Assembly (NCBI GenBank): GCA_036867785.1
Contig: CP145424.1
Location: forward strand, 744,001 to 808,000
Direction: 5' to 3'
From: Plasmodiophora brassicae
Taxonomy: Eukaryota
Length of the DNA stretch: 64,000 nucleotides
Part shown: positions 48,118 to 60,189 of the stretch, piece after piece
How the letters are laid out: each line of letters starts with the position of its first letter
Numbering within the stretch: position 1 is the first letter of the stretch
The notes under the pieces: generated by a model
Databases searched by the model: none
Told to the model about the DNA's origin: nothing
Seen by the model: only the letters and a program-made list of their open reading frames with translations
Program-made: the position numbers and the translations under genes

Positions 48118-51100
48118 TCACGACTGCTGCGAGGCGCGTTCAGTGACCATGGCCTCGTCCAGCAACGTTTCGCCCAGCTCGTCTTCAGGGCTGTGCGGTT
48201 GGCCCATGCGACGCAGATAGTCTCGAGACACGCTTATCGCCCTACGCCAGCAACTTCATTCAGTGGCGTAGTTACCAACAACATGCACGACTCAGCGAAC
48301 CTGTCTACAGACAGGCCGACATTCTCCGGGTACAACGAATCCTGTACCCACCTCGGCAGTTTCGTTCGCTTATCTGCCCGACGATACCTGCGACATGTCA
48401 GAAAGGAACGTTTACGTGCGCATTCGACATGGGAACCTTTGGTCAGCGAATATCATCAACCCATAGTCGGATTTCGATCGAATGACTCGACCAAGGCACT
48501 GAGATGCCTGCCGCATGGCGTCAAACGATAAGAAGTCACCTTCACTAAGTACGAGATCAGAATACGACGCCTGTCGAACACGTCGTCGGCATACCGAATA
48601 TTCAGGGTCTCGTAAAGGTACTGTAGTCGACACCGAAGGACCCGGCTAAGTGTGTACTGGAATGGGATACCGAACAAGACGACGGCACGGCCGTAATGAT
48701 GATCGAAATCGATGCCCTCCGACACCTTGCCTCTGGCAATGGAGAGGAATACGCCACCACGGCCAGAATCGCATGCGCGCTTGAACGATTCGAGGGCAAG
48801 AGAGGTCTCGACAATGTCGCGCGTCTCAATGAAGATCAGCTTATGGTGAAGGACTTGTTTCAATATTCCGATCCGATCCCATTCTGCCACGATCTCCTCC
48901 AGGTAGGCGTAACTGCAAGAACAAGTTTAATGGCGGGAAATACGTTTGAAACGATCGACTGAACTTACCTTGTGAAGAAGCAGACCATGCCATCCGGAAC
49001 GGTCTGAGCCAGTTCGAGAAGGAGCTTACCGAAATTGGCAACAATTGACGGATCTCTCCGAGATTCGAACTTCGACGTCAGTTCAGTCTGGTCGTTGCCT
49101 TTCGTAACGATCAGCGGACACACAGTCGCGCGTGCGCTGTACAGTGACATCGGGAAACTCTCAGACACCTTGGGTGTGAAGTTCAGCAGCTTGGGATAGA
49201 GATCCAGCGGCGACATCGTCCCAGACGTTATGATAACATTCCTAAACGGAGTTAAAATGCCACTGCAGAGGAGTGAGGCGGCTAGGGAGGCACCTGAATT
49301 TCTCCAAGACAGGCTTGATTGCGATTGATGCATCCAAGCAGACCAATCGTAGGATTGGGTCAGAAATCGTTGGCGTGCGGTCATTGTAAGGCTCCATCAA
49401 TACAGCAAATCCTTCACCATATCATCAATGCCAAGCAGCCAACACGAGAACAACTGAGCAAACAGGAACCTTTGCTGTAAGTGCCCACTAATGTCGCAAA
49501 GTCGGACACCAGTTGAAGTGGGACGAACTCGTCCAGGTCAGAGATCTGCAACGTACGAAGCAGTGAAACCAGGCGATCGTAAATGAAACGGAGCGAGTTC
49601 GTCTGTGACGACCGCATCCCTATCGCAGATTGGTCAACACCAAATACAAAGGTCAGCGGAATCATTCGTTCCCAACCAGAGTGGGTTTCAAACGAAGCAA
49701 TAAATTGTGTGGGAGTTTCTTGAACCACAGCGCGACCTTTGAGTCGGCTTTTGAAATACTGGACGACCGTGTTCAGGAACATGATGAAATGCTTGGCTTT
49801 GCGGATGTTTCCTGGAACCGCTTCACGAAGAACATCAGCGGGAAGCACGGGTGATGCAAGAATTGGGCCACTTTCGCCTGCACCGCCCACTACAAGTCGA
49901 AATCAGCAAACCCAGATACGGGATCCGACTGAGGCGATGGGGACCTGAGTTCGCGATGCCACGTACAAGGCGCTGATATTCCTCATTTAATCGTGCCGCA
50001 TCAACGCTCTCGACCTCCTGGATCTTGCGACTGAGTTTCTGGAGGTTGGCTGTTGATGCTTGCAGGGTGCGCTTGTTCAGGCTAACACTTAGCGCTGCGA
50101 TACAATGACGTCAGCAAAGACGTCACATATAAATGGATGGTGATACAACCTTCGATGCAGATACTGTCAATGTTATGGGCTTCATCGAACACAATGATAG
50201 CGTTCTGGTCCAATGCTCTAGAAACCATCCCAGACACTTTGGGGTCGATGATGTACCTGTAGCAGGCCGTCAGATTGAACGGGGCAAGCACGCGAAGACG
50301 CAAACTGTACTGGTAATTGTAAACAATGATGTTAGCCAACGACAGAGCGTTCCTGGCCAGGAAGTACGGGCACCAGTTACGTTCCGTGCCGAGTGTCTTC
50401 AGGTCATCCAAAGACAAAACTGCATCACCGTCACACACCCGTCACCAACCGTGACGACGGTCGCCTACCTCCATGTAAATCTCCATCCATTCCGCCAATA
50501 CTCTGCAGATGTTCGTAGAAGCCGCAGACCTCAACAGATTGATCCTTTTCATGGGCAGCACGGACCCATTCTGACGTCAGGTTCCGACACAATGCATCCA
50601 CCTTATCGCGCTTATCAAACTGGGACACTGCAGCAAACCGGGCATCAGTTGGCGTTTGGGCCGTTCAGAACACTAAACCGAGTACCTGTTGGATGAATGC
50701 ACATATTTCTCCTGGCTGAGAGACAGACGGCGAGTCCTTTAGGTGGAGCAGACTGACCCTCTGGCATAGACACTCAATCCGTTGACCACGGAGACGACCA
50801 TGAAGCCGACGCAAACCTTTTGCAAGATAGGAATCGCGATACTCGAGGACAACCTTCAGTTCCGCCATGACCTTATCCATTTCCTGGACGGTTCTGGCTA
50901 TACAGTCAGGCTTCCCAATATTGCTGCAAGACTCAACCAAGGCGGACCTTGTACAGTACACGAGTTTGCCAATGGACGGGCAGTGTAACTGATACGACGT
51001 GATAAACGACTGTGAAGAGATAGCACACCGTTTGGAATAGAGGAACCGAGACGAGGACGACGGGGCGTACCAGCAGTGTCACCGTCTTGCCCGTGCCGGT

Positions 51101-51235
51101 GGGCATCTCCAGCAGGCAGTGGCCGCCGGGCGCGCCGTCCAGCGTGCGCTTCAGGTTCTGCATGTACATGAGCTGCTCGGGGTACATACGGTCGTACGGG
51201 AAGTAGACGGGCAGGTCGCCCAGCATGAACCGCAT
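48118..51235 (-). CDS. ERCC2: TFIIH helicase XPD/Rad3, multi-exon
   Basis: [83 protein letters not shown]. Confidence 0.96.
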
Positions 51236-51470
51236 GGCGACAGCAGACGGCTCGCCGACCACCGCTTACGCAATGCCGCGCGCCGCTACACTCTGACCTG
51301 CCATGCAGCTCCCACGGGGCAGCCAGTCAACCCATACGTGCAGCTTGTACGACAACGTGACTGCAGACGCGTATCGCGAGTCCACGCGTCGGAGCAACCA
51401 ACGACGGTAGTCGCAGTCGTCGGAGAACGCTGAACTGCACCGGGGGTTGTTTTTGTTGTTGGCGGACGGG

Positions 51471-52793
51471 ATGACGCGCCCGTCGTTGACGCTGTTCCGG
51501 ACGCTGTGGGGTGTGGTGCGGGACGATGCCGGCTGGAAGACGTTGCAGGACACGCTCGTCGATATCAAGGCGCAGGGTTTCCAGGGTACCTGTGGCGAAC
51601 GTCCTGTCACCACCAGGGATGACGTCACCGACTCATGTACAGGTGTCGAGTGCTCGGTGAAGTTGGCGTACACAGTGAAGGGGTTCGTCGAGTACATGCG
51701 GGAACTCGATCTTCTCTGGGTGGTTGCCCGGCTGTTCCTGTTCGACGTATTTGCTGACCAGGATCGTTCTAGGCCCCGATCGTGTTCTCAAGTGGACCCA
51801 TCGGTATAGACTATAGATGCTGCCATTCGCGAATGGCCAGGACCGCTGCTGATCCTTCCTTCAGATGGTTGCGATCCGTTCATTGATGGCGATCTCCGAG
51901 CGGGCCCAGGCAGCTCTTGGAAGACGCAGCTGTCCGCTTGGCAGAACCAAATGTATCTTCTCGAGGACGTTTGAGATGGTTCTGTGCTGCTGACGTCTCC
52001 TTTCCAGATCGCGAGTGGAACGTTTAGGGTTGCCACCCTCCAAGATCACACTTATCAATTCGTTCTCCGGCCACGACGCGATGGAGCACGCCGATGCCGT
52101 GTCGCTGCTAAAGGCAATGCAGGATTGGTTCAAGTCATCGTCGCTGGGGCAATCCCGGGCTCGTCTATTGCACGAGACACATCGCGGGCGGATCCTGTAC
52201 TCACCTTGGGTCGCACGGCGCATCGTCCGCGATGTGCCTGAAATCGGTCTGGTCGCAGACTTCTCCCACTGGACCTGCGTTGCCGAACGGAATCCTCCTG
52301 CGGCCGATATCAGCGCTGCTGCCAGCAACAACGATGACATCGGCCGCGATATGCTCCATGAGGCTATTCTAAATATTATCCCCAACGTGTACCATGTGCA
52401 AGGTAGGGTGAAACGAGGACATCTCAAGTGACCTGCGAAACTATGTGGAACTGAACGGTTTCAGGCCGCGTTGGCTACGACCAGGGGCCGCAAGTCTCTG
52501 ATCCTCGGCTTGAGGTTTGGCAACCACATCTGGCGGGGTTCGAATACTGGTGGCATTTGATCTTCAAGAACCAGTTAGAATCAGGTCGCACGCAGGTACG
52601 GCCGTTCTCGTTCACAATAAGCAAACCCAGCTCACCGTTGTGGTAGGTGTTCACTTTCGCGCCTGAACATGGCCCACCACCATACCAACAGGGCGAACCC
52701 GATGACGACCTTCTTCGCAAGGTTGACAGTATCAACGTGTGGCTAGCGAACCGGCAACGCCTTGCATTCAACAACCTCGTTGACAACTGCTGA
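51471..52793 (+). CDS. Xylose-isomerase-like TIM-barrel (sugar-phosphate isomerase/epimerase family) protein
   Basis: FRTLWG, GFQGVE, HETHRGRILYSPW, ADFSHWTCVAE, GRVGYDQGPQVSDP, PEHGPPPYQ; several introns. Confidence 0.82.
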
Positions 52794-53050
52794 AGTCACA
52801 AAGCTCAGAATATCGTTACGGTGTAACGCTTCCGCGCCTCCCCATTTAGTATTGGAGATCTGCTCAGCAGCAACGGGCAGCCGGCCTGGGCTAGCTTGAC
52901 GATTGATAGGTAATGAATGGGTCATGAGCTGGTGACGTGGCGACATTGCGGCGGACCCTGTCGCTGTTGCAGTCGCGGACTGCGCGGACGACCTGTTGCT
53001 GCTCCGTGCCGTTACGGTTGCGGGCAGTCGGCGTCCGATTCGGAACACGG

Positions 53051-53596
53051 ATGCAGACGGTGGCCGTCGTTGTTGCGCTGGCCGTCGTCGGCGTTCTGGC
53101 GTCGACAGTGCCAGATGGCGAGGCGGTCGTATCGCAGCAGTGTGCGATTGCGCTGCTTTCTGGTGGGACCATCGCCAGCGGCGCCAGCGTCGTGTACTCT
53201 ATACCCGCGGTCATGAGCGCGTTCGGCGCCGGTTCGGCGAACGCCGTGAAGACGGCCATCAACCACTGGTGGGAGTCCACAATGCCGCTGGTCGCACAGG
53301 TAAACATTTCTGGTCGCATCTATCGTTTCCTGATCATGTCTAACCGTAAGTCGCAGCCGGAGATACTGAACGCGTTGCAGTCGGTCGCTTTGGGCCACGC
53401 TGGCAAGATTCATGTACCTGGTCAAGTAGGCGGGGCTGATGCTGCGAAACGCATTGAAAGTGACTGTGCCAACGTCGACTACGTCCTTGGCGCCGCTGTC
53501 AACGCTTCCAGCAGCGGATGGGACCGTGCCAAGTCCTGGGTCGCCTCTATCGCCGACACCATCTCCCGCGAATGGGACAGGCGCACTGAGCTCTAA
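53051..53596 (+). CDS. Small secreted/membrane protein, weakly IFI6/IFI27-like
   Basis: Signal peptide MQTVAVVVALAVVGVLAS; WWESTMPLVAQ..LQSVALG; probable in-frame 57-nt intron 53300-53356. Confidence 0.65.
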   Translation: MQTVAVVVALAVVGVLASTVPDGEAVVSQQCAIALLSGGTIASGASVVYSIPAVMSAFGAGSANAVKTAINHWWESTMPLVAQVNISGRIYRFLIMSNRKSQPEILNALQSVALGHAGKIHVPGQVGGADAAKRIESDCANVDYVLGAAVNASSSGWDRAKSWVASIADTISREWDRRTEL

Positions 53597-53621
53597 ACGT
53601 CGTGCCCAGTACAATTACATA

Positions 53622-54787
53622 CTCCCTCTGTTCCACAGAAAGACGGTGATTTTGCGAAAGATTAAGGTCATTCTTAGAGATGTACGGTATTGAAACATCT
53701 GATCTATAAGACTTTAATAGGAGCAATACAAGCGCGCAATGTGATTCTATCTGACAAATTAAAGGCGAACAATAGGTATTACCTTGCACCAGGCGAAGAT
53801 CCTCCACACCGCACGTCTAAGAGCAAGCGCTTCATCACGAGCGCCATGTTCGTGCAGGTTGCCGTTGCGCGTCCCCGGTTCGACACGGTCAGGAATTGCA
53901 TCACTTTTGACGGCAGGATCGGAATCTTCCCGTTCGTCTGTAAGAAGGCAGCACAGGGCTCGAGCAGGAACCGCGCAGCAGGAACCCTGGAGACCAAGTG
54001 TATCGCTTCGGTTACGAAGGACGTGTGCAACTCGTGCCGAGAAGATATTGCCGGCTATCTCCGTGAAAGGTGGCCTCGGGGCAGGGTGGGCAAATCCAGT
54101 GACGCTATCATTATCCAGCAGGATAATGATAAGCCCCACGTCAAAATCGACCCTACGCTTGCTGATGAGTTGTGCAAAGACGGTTCCGATATCCAGATTG
54201 AATGCCCGCTTCCCAACTGTCCCGACCTGAATGTGCTGATCTAGGCTTCTTTCGTGGCATACAGGCACTGCGGCATCAGCTGGAGCAGCGAAACATTGAT
54301 GAGGTCATCGCGGCGACGGAGCAGGGGTTCTGGAGCCTGGGCTGCGAGACTCTGACCGACGCTTTCCTGTCTCTGCAGATGTCGATGATTGACACAGTGC
54401 GGATAGCTGGCTCGAACCGATACAGGGCGCCGCATATCGGCAAGTCCAAGCGTGAAGGCAAGCTCCCTGACGTCACGGTACGCCAGCGCAAGGCCCAAGG
54501 TAGAAATGACTGGGTGCCGAGTGGTTAGCATACTAATTGCTGAACGCAGTGATCATTACCGACGCAAATCGCTGCCATGCGCTGTAATTGTGAATGGTCT
54601 TCTCCGCGAATTCAATGACGTCAACTGGGCACGTCATGACGTCAGGGAGCTTGCCTTCACGACGGAGCTTGGACTTGTCGATCATATGCGGCGCCTTGTA
54701 TCGGTTTGAGCCAGCTACCCGCACTGTTTCAATCATCGACATCTGCAGCGACAGGAAAACGTCGGTCATCGTCTAGCAGCCCGGGAG
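53622..54787 (+). mobile_element. Degenerate Tc1/mariner element of plant/oomycete DD39D type, with an inverted second copy of the transposase 3' part
   Basis: TA followed by CTCCCTCTGTTCC; translation SKRFIT..AVARPRFD..FDGRIGIFPFV..SSRNRAAGTLETK..IQQDN..PDLNV/DLGFFRGIQAL with frameshifts; arms about 54340-54478 and 54636-54782. Confidence 0.88.
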
Positions 54788-54961
54788 TATATCCCAGGTC
54801 CGCATCGTCGACGTCATTGCTGCGCTCTGGCCGCCATATCTGATCTGGGATGGCGTGCCGACGTTAACGTGCAAGTCCCAACGTTTCGACAGCTCCGATC
54901 AACCTATTCCGAAACTGAAGGCACCTTCGCCACGATATGGGTCACCTTTATTGTTCGGAGC

Positions 54962-56430
54962 TTAAGGAGGAGTCTGGGTTTGACCGTGACGTGTCGCAAC
55001 GGCGATGACACGAGACTTCCCCATAGCGGTCTTGTGGTCATCCTTTGACATGTTCGTGGTCTGTTTATCCTTGACGACGGCATACTTCCTGCTTGCGACC
55101 CCGAGGATTCGATAGTTGTCGAGCAGTGACGGTTTCGCGCGCAGCAACGTGACGCCATACAGGGCTTGCACAGACGACGAAAGCTTCTCCAGGGCGCGAA
55201 CGACCAAGTACGCCCAGGGCGACAGGTTCTGCACCGCCAGGAACAGAATTTGGAAGAACAGGATCAGGTACCCGCACAGCACCGCCATCGCCAAGCGCCG
55301 CATGAACTGCATGCGAGTCTTCGTCTCCTCCGGGCTCAGGCCCAGGTTCGCGCCTCCCGCGCGCAGCGTCCGAAGCAGTGCCCCGACGCTACGCGAGTTC
55401 ATGGCCGAGAATATGGCGCTCGGGACCGTAAAAAGCACACAGACGCCGACGATACCCATCGGGACTGTCCCGAGCGCAGCAAACACCATCGGAACGACCA
55501 TCGTCGCCAGGATTAGCAACGACGTCGACAGGACGTACCCACGCTGGAGCCAGGTCTGCGATGCGGACACCGACCCAGCTCGATTTGCCTAAGACAATGC
55601 TCACAGTCATCAGTCGAACCGATCGACAAGTGGCTCTGGGCGCCGACCTGCATGGTAGCGAAACCAATACCTAATCGTCCTAACGAGTTGTAGGCGTAGT
55701 CCGCGTACGTGAAATAGATCAGGGCGGGGTAGGTCAGGCCCTGGCCGCTACAGAAGGCAACGTTGGCGAAGTTGACGAGGCCAAACACCGACTGGATAAT
55801 GACACACGACAAGGTCAGCATCGACAGAAACGGGATGCGACGCAGGTGCCCATCGTGATCGATACCGAAGGTGAGCACCTTGAGTACGGCCGCGAAAACT
55901 GTGCCCGCGTACGACGCGGAGGTCAACCCCCAGATGAGTCGGGTCGGCCAGCTAGTGAGAGCAGCACCGGATGGGTTCGCAAACCCACCCGATGTGATCG
56001 AAACAAACGCATCAGGGTGCTCACGGATCCAGTTAATGTTGGGGGACTCGTCTTGGCCAAGGACAACGACGGGCACGGGAAGCGGCGCGCTACTCACGAA
56101 CTGGAACGCGACAAGCTCCAGAGAGACTTGGAGCAGCGTTTCCGATGCCGTATAGAATGCCAGGGCAGCACATTGCTGTCGATAACATTCATTGGCCCAT
56201 CCGAGGACGTCGACGGCGGCGACGTCGACCGCAACGAAGACGATTCGATTGGAAGCGCCAAACAGGTCGGAGTATCCGCCGGCAAACACGGTCGTTGCAT
56301 TGACGGCGAACCTGGATCCGACGGCCGTGAACTCGTACGACGGCAACGTTGTCCGATCGGGGAGCGTGAGCGCAGAGCAAGTGACCGCAGCGAGAAGGCA
56401 CACGACAACGCCCGCTGACGTCGTGGGCAT
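54962..56430 (-). CDS. Signal peptide + extracellular (PA-like) domain + multi-pass (7TM-like) membrane protein
   Basis: SP MPTTSAGVVVCLLAAVTCSA, ectodomain with PVPVVVLG, then 6-7 hydrophobic helices; intron 55647-55589. Confidence 0.72.
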
Positions 56431-56639
56431 GATAGGAATCGGAACGAGATCGATCCGACGGCAGAGGTACATGAGGGCGTACACTCGATCGGTAGAATCG
56501 TTAAAAAGAGCACATCTCGTGGTGTTTAAAACCGCAGAGGTACGCGCCTCGAAGCCCACGCCGGGACCTTGCTGTAGGTCTGCCTGATTGCACAGCAATG
56601 CCAGGTTGCGACATAAGTCGCACGTGTCGTTGTCGAAGA

Positions 56640-56996
56640 TTAAAACAGTTGGGGCGCGCAGCGTCACAATCATCGTCATCGTGCTGCGCATGTTCATGAT
56701 CGAGAACATGGCGCTCGGTACGATCAGAACCAGGCAGATACCCACGATGCCAACTCGGAATGACGAACCGTGCCCCATGCAGCGGAAACCACCCGACGGC
56801 AACGAATTAACGCGATTCGATTGGACGCGCCGGACAAGCCGCCGAATTCATTGGCGCAGACCGTCGTCGCATTGCAGGTGAACGCGGACGCAACGGCGGC
56901 GAACTCGTAGGACGGCAAGGTCGCGCCGCCGGGACGCGTCACCGCCGAACAGACGGCAACAGTGAGGACGACGACCGCTGAACATGTCAGCACCAT
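56640..56996 (-). pseudogene. Internally deleted, frameshifted tandem paralog of the adjacent 7TM-like gene
   Basis: TLPSYEFAAV..NATTV..GASNRI matches the neighbour's N-terminus, then jumps to GIVGICLVLIVPSAMFSIMN..TLRA matching its later TM helix. Confidence 0.75.
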
Positions 56997-57068
56997 GGTC
57001 GAATCCCGAAACTGAATCCCGTCGCATGAGACAAGAGGCACGGATGCAGTGAGCCACGGTCGAGCGCT

Positions 57069-57648
57069 TTAGCATGTGCTCCGTTCGTCGACGATATCGG
57101 GATCGGGCCTCAGTCGGACAACGATGGCAGGATGAGGGCCGCCGTCCTGCATGGGACGGCGTCTGCTCCTCGGTGCCCTCTGCTGCTGCTGCTGCTGCTG
57201 CTGCTGGGCGTTGCGCCTATTACGCTTGCGTCGCTGCTCGTTGATGCATTCGGCAACGTCGACGTAGTCGGGGATCTCGACGTACCTGGAGCTCGTGTCA
57301 TCAGTGAGCGATGGGCGCAGTGTTGCCGTTATTGTCACCGGATGCGATTTCCTTTGATAAACACTGCTGACAGATGTTCACCCGTTGCAGAATCGTCATG
57401 GTATCGCTTGTAGGTGCGGGCGGAGGTTAACCGGCAACTGACGACCGGGTATCGCAATCAGCAGCTGGCTGATGCCGAACGGCTGTCCCAGTTCGCTCCT
57501 ACTTCATGCGTTGGTCGACCGCCACAAGTCGTCCTTCCACGGTGCTGTCGTTCTTCAGGTCGATGGCGATGCGCTGGCCGACCAGCGCCTGGAGGACCGT
57601 CGCGAGCGTCCGCTCTCCGGCGCCGCCACCGCACCGCCCCGGTACCAT
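57069..57648 (-). CDS. LSM10: U7 snRNP Sm-like protein LSm10-like, 3 exons, poly-Q tail
   Basis: Spliced ERTLATVLQALVGQRIAIDLKNDSTVEGRLVAVDQRMN..FIKGNRIRYVEIPDYVDV; not visible as a single ORF. Confidence 0.78.
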
Positions 57649-57717
57649 TGGCACGGACCACTCGTCGCCGTTTGCGGTCGCTACCTATAGTGGTACGTCT
57701 TGGTGAAGCCTCGGGCC

Positions 57718-58370
57718 TATGGAATTGTTGTAATGAAGGGGTGTTTTTTACAAGCCTGTTTTTTACGTGTAAAATACACTACCCAGGAACCAACTTTACA
57801 CTGTAAAATACAGGTAACGTAAGGGTTTCCCGATCCGTCCCAGAGCCTTCGTTGCGCGTGCGCGTCGTCGTCGTCGGGGGCGAGCGGAATCACGAGCCCT
57901 GCAACCACGTGCACTCCCGGCTACGCGCTCGACTATCGGGATGCAACGTCGAACAAGGAACTGGGATCGCATTAAAGTGCCCAGATGACTCGCCGTACAA
58001 AGATACGCGAGATGACTCCCTTCACACGTTGAACCGGCCGGTCGCTTGCTTCGCCTAAGGCTCTTCGTCAAATTTGACGAAGAGCCAGACGATGATTCCG
58101 ATGACGAAGACGCAACTCGACTGGAGTTCGCAGGGTTCGTTGGCATTGCCGAGCCAGGCACACTTCCCGAGGCGATTTCGGACACACACTTGTACCCCGT
58201 TGGTGACGAAGAGGTCATCGAATCTGGTCGGGTTGTCAGGACCGTGACCATGGTATGAAGGCGTACTGCGCGGGGGGCGCAGCCCCCTGCTGTTTTAAAC
58301 ATGTTTTTTACGTGTAAAATACATGTATTTTACACTCAACCAGCCATTCTCTGTTTTTAACAATTCCATA
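57718..58370 (+). mobile_element. Non-autonomous hAT-type element (653 bp)
   Basis: 12-bp TIRs TATGGAATTGTT / AACAATTCCATA, perfect 8-bp TSD CTCGGGCC (57710-57717 and 58371-58378), subterminal TTTTTACGTGTAAAATACA repeats, internal hAT C-terminus-like remnant (ERN..HVHSRLRARLS). Confidence 0.88.
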
Positions 58371-58706
58371 CTCGGGCCACCAAGCGGCACCAGGTGACCT
58401 AGAGACGGAAGGTGTGGCGACGTTGAGGCCCCCGGCGACGAATTGATCCGTTGTCAAGACGAGGTCGGCCGCCGAATGGTCAGCTTGTTCATCGCGCGTC
58501 GCTCTCTGCAAAGAAGAATATTGCTGCACTCATTTACGGGGGCTCGCTGCTGCGTCCCAGTGGCCGTCTGCAGTGCTGCAGCGGGGCCATCGGCACGTTG
58601 TAACGGGCAGCCGGTCCCGGGGCACTGGGCTGCTGCCTGCTGAGCAGCAGCGGGCGCAGCCCAGTGTGTCGCGGCGGCACGGACGCCGTAGGAGCACAAG
58701 TCACGC

Positions 58707-59231
58707 ATGTCGTCGCGTGGCAGCGGTCGCGGTCGTGGCGGTCGGGGCCGGGGCGGCGCTCGCGGTGGCGGCGCCGGCCCGTCCGGCCGCGTCATGTCGC
58801 TCAACGAGCGGTTCTCGTCGCTGTCGTCGGCACCCAAGACGACGTTCCGTGCGATTCTGAGCACAGGCGGCCCGCAGCAACCGCCCAGGAAGGTGGCCGT
58901 CGTCGGCGGCGGTGCCGCCCAGCAGAACTCGACGAAAGTGTCGCGACGAGGTGGAAGCGTCCGTGGTGGTTCCCGGCAGAAAGGCGCAGGCGTTCGCGGC
59001 GGTAAAAGCGACGTTCGCGGCGGGTCCGGTCGAGGTCGTGGTCGCGGCGGCGGACGCGGCGGCGGCAACAGGAAACTGTCGAAGGAGGAGCTGGACATGC
59101 AGATGGACGAATTCATGGGACGCGACACAACCGAGGCGAAACGGGCCGCCCTGGACGACGATCTGTCATCATACTGGAGCGCGAAACCGGCCGGAGATGC
59201 CGCCCAGGAGCCGGCCGTAGCCGCGACGTAA
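58707..59231 (+). CDS. CHTOP: Chromatin target of PRMT1 (CHTOP/FOP)-like RGG protein
   Basis: MSLNERF, RGG tracts, duplicated C-terminal motifs SKEELDMQMDEFM and LDDDLSSYW. Confidence 0.8.
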   Translation: MSSRGSGRGRGGRGRGGARGGGAGPSGRVMSLNERFSSLSSAPKTTFRAILSTGGPQQPPRKVAVVGGGAAQQNSTKVSRRGGSVRGGSRQKGAGVRGGKSDVRGGSGRGRGRGGGRGGGNRKLSKEELDMQMDEFMGRDTTEAKRAALDDDLSSYWSAKPAGDAAQEPAVAAT

Positions 59232-60189
59232 CATCGTGCGGCCCCTACTACACATCTGGAACCGTCTGTTCAAGTCGGACCACTGATCCCAGTTTATTGT
59301 CGCCCCGTTTGCCTGCGCGCCTGCCTGTCGGATGTGACGACGACCCTGAGACTGCTGCAGTGGCAGCGTTCCGTTTATCGGCGTTCCATCGTTCTCGGCC
59401 CGATTCGATTGATTATTCAACGAGATGGAGGGATGATTACGCTGCTGCGGGAGGGTACCAAACCTGACCACTGAATACCGTCGACAACGGATCATGTTCG
59501 ACTCACCGGGTGGCATTGCGCTTCTTGATGCTCTCCCGTCATGACGAACGTTCGTTGAAGTGTTACCGGGGCGGTTGCTCGGGCATAAGGCACACGACGG
59601 TCAACCTGCAGAGCGTGTATATCAGGTGAACGGCATTGGCGTCGTCCGTCGGGCGGCGCCATCATCGATGCACAAGGCGTGGCAGAGCGCAGACGGCAAC
59701 GTTAATGACCTCGTAGCGGGCAGACGGGACAGCGAGCGGCCGTGACGAGATATAAGGACGGCCCGAAGAAGATGCGAACGAGGCAGATCGAACGGGCGAT
59801 TCGCGATCCGGCGAGGACCCGAAGATCACGATGCGCCCTGCGACTGGCAGTGGACGCTCACGAATGTCATCATGCAAACACGACGATCGGCGATGCGGCT
59901 ATCCGGGTTGGCCTTGTCTTCCGAACGCAGCACAATCGATTGAGCACGTGGCGGTGACGTCACTGTCATCTGCGGATCATACCTTGTCGATGGTCGCCTG
60001 CGCGCAGGGCATTGGTCGGAGGGCGCAAACGATCTGGGACGATCCAGCTACGCCAGCAGACAAGATCGGGACTGTCTGATCCGTCACAAATGTAGGCGTG
60101 TGTATGCTCAGCGTGCATGTTGCATTCTCTGAGTCATGGTTGGGTTGCTGGTTAAGCGACGCTGTTAGTGCCATCTGCGAATTGCAGTC

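Noticed and set aside
51471-52793. Recent bacterial HGT or contamination for the TIM-barrel gene
   Set aside because: It has several canonical introns and host-like composition; nothing in the sequence indicates recent transfer.
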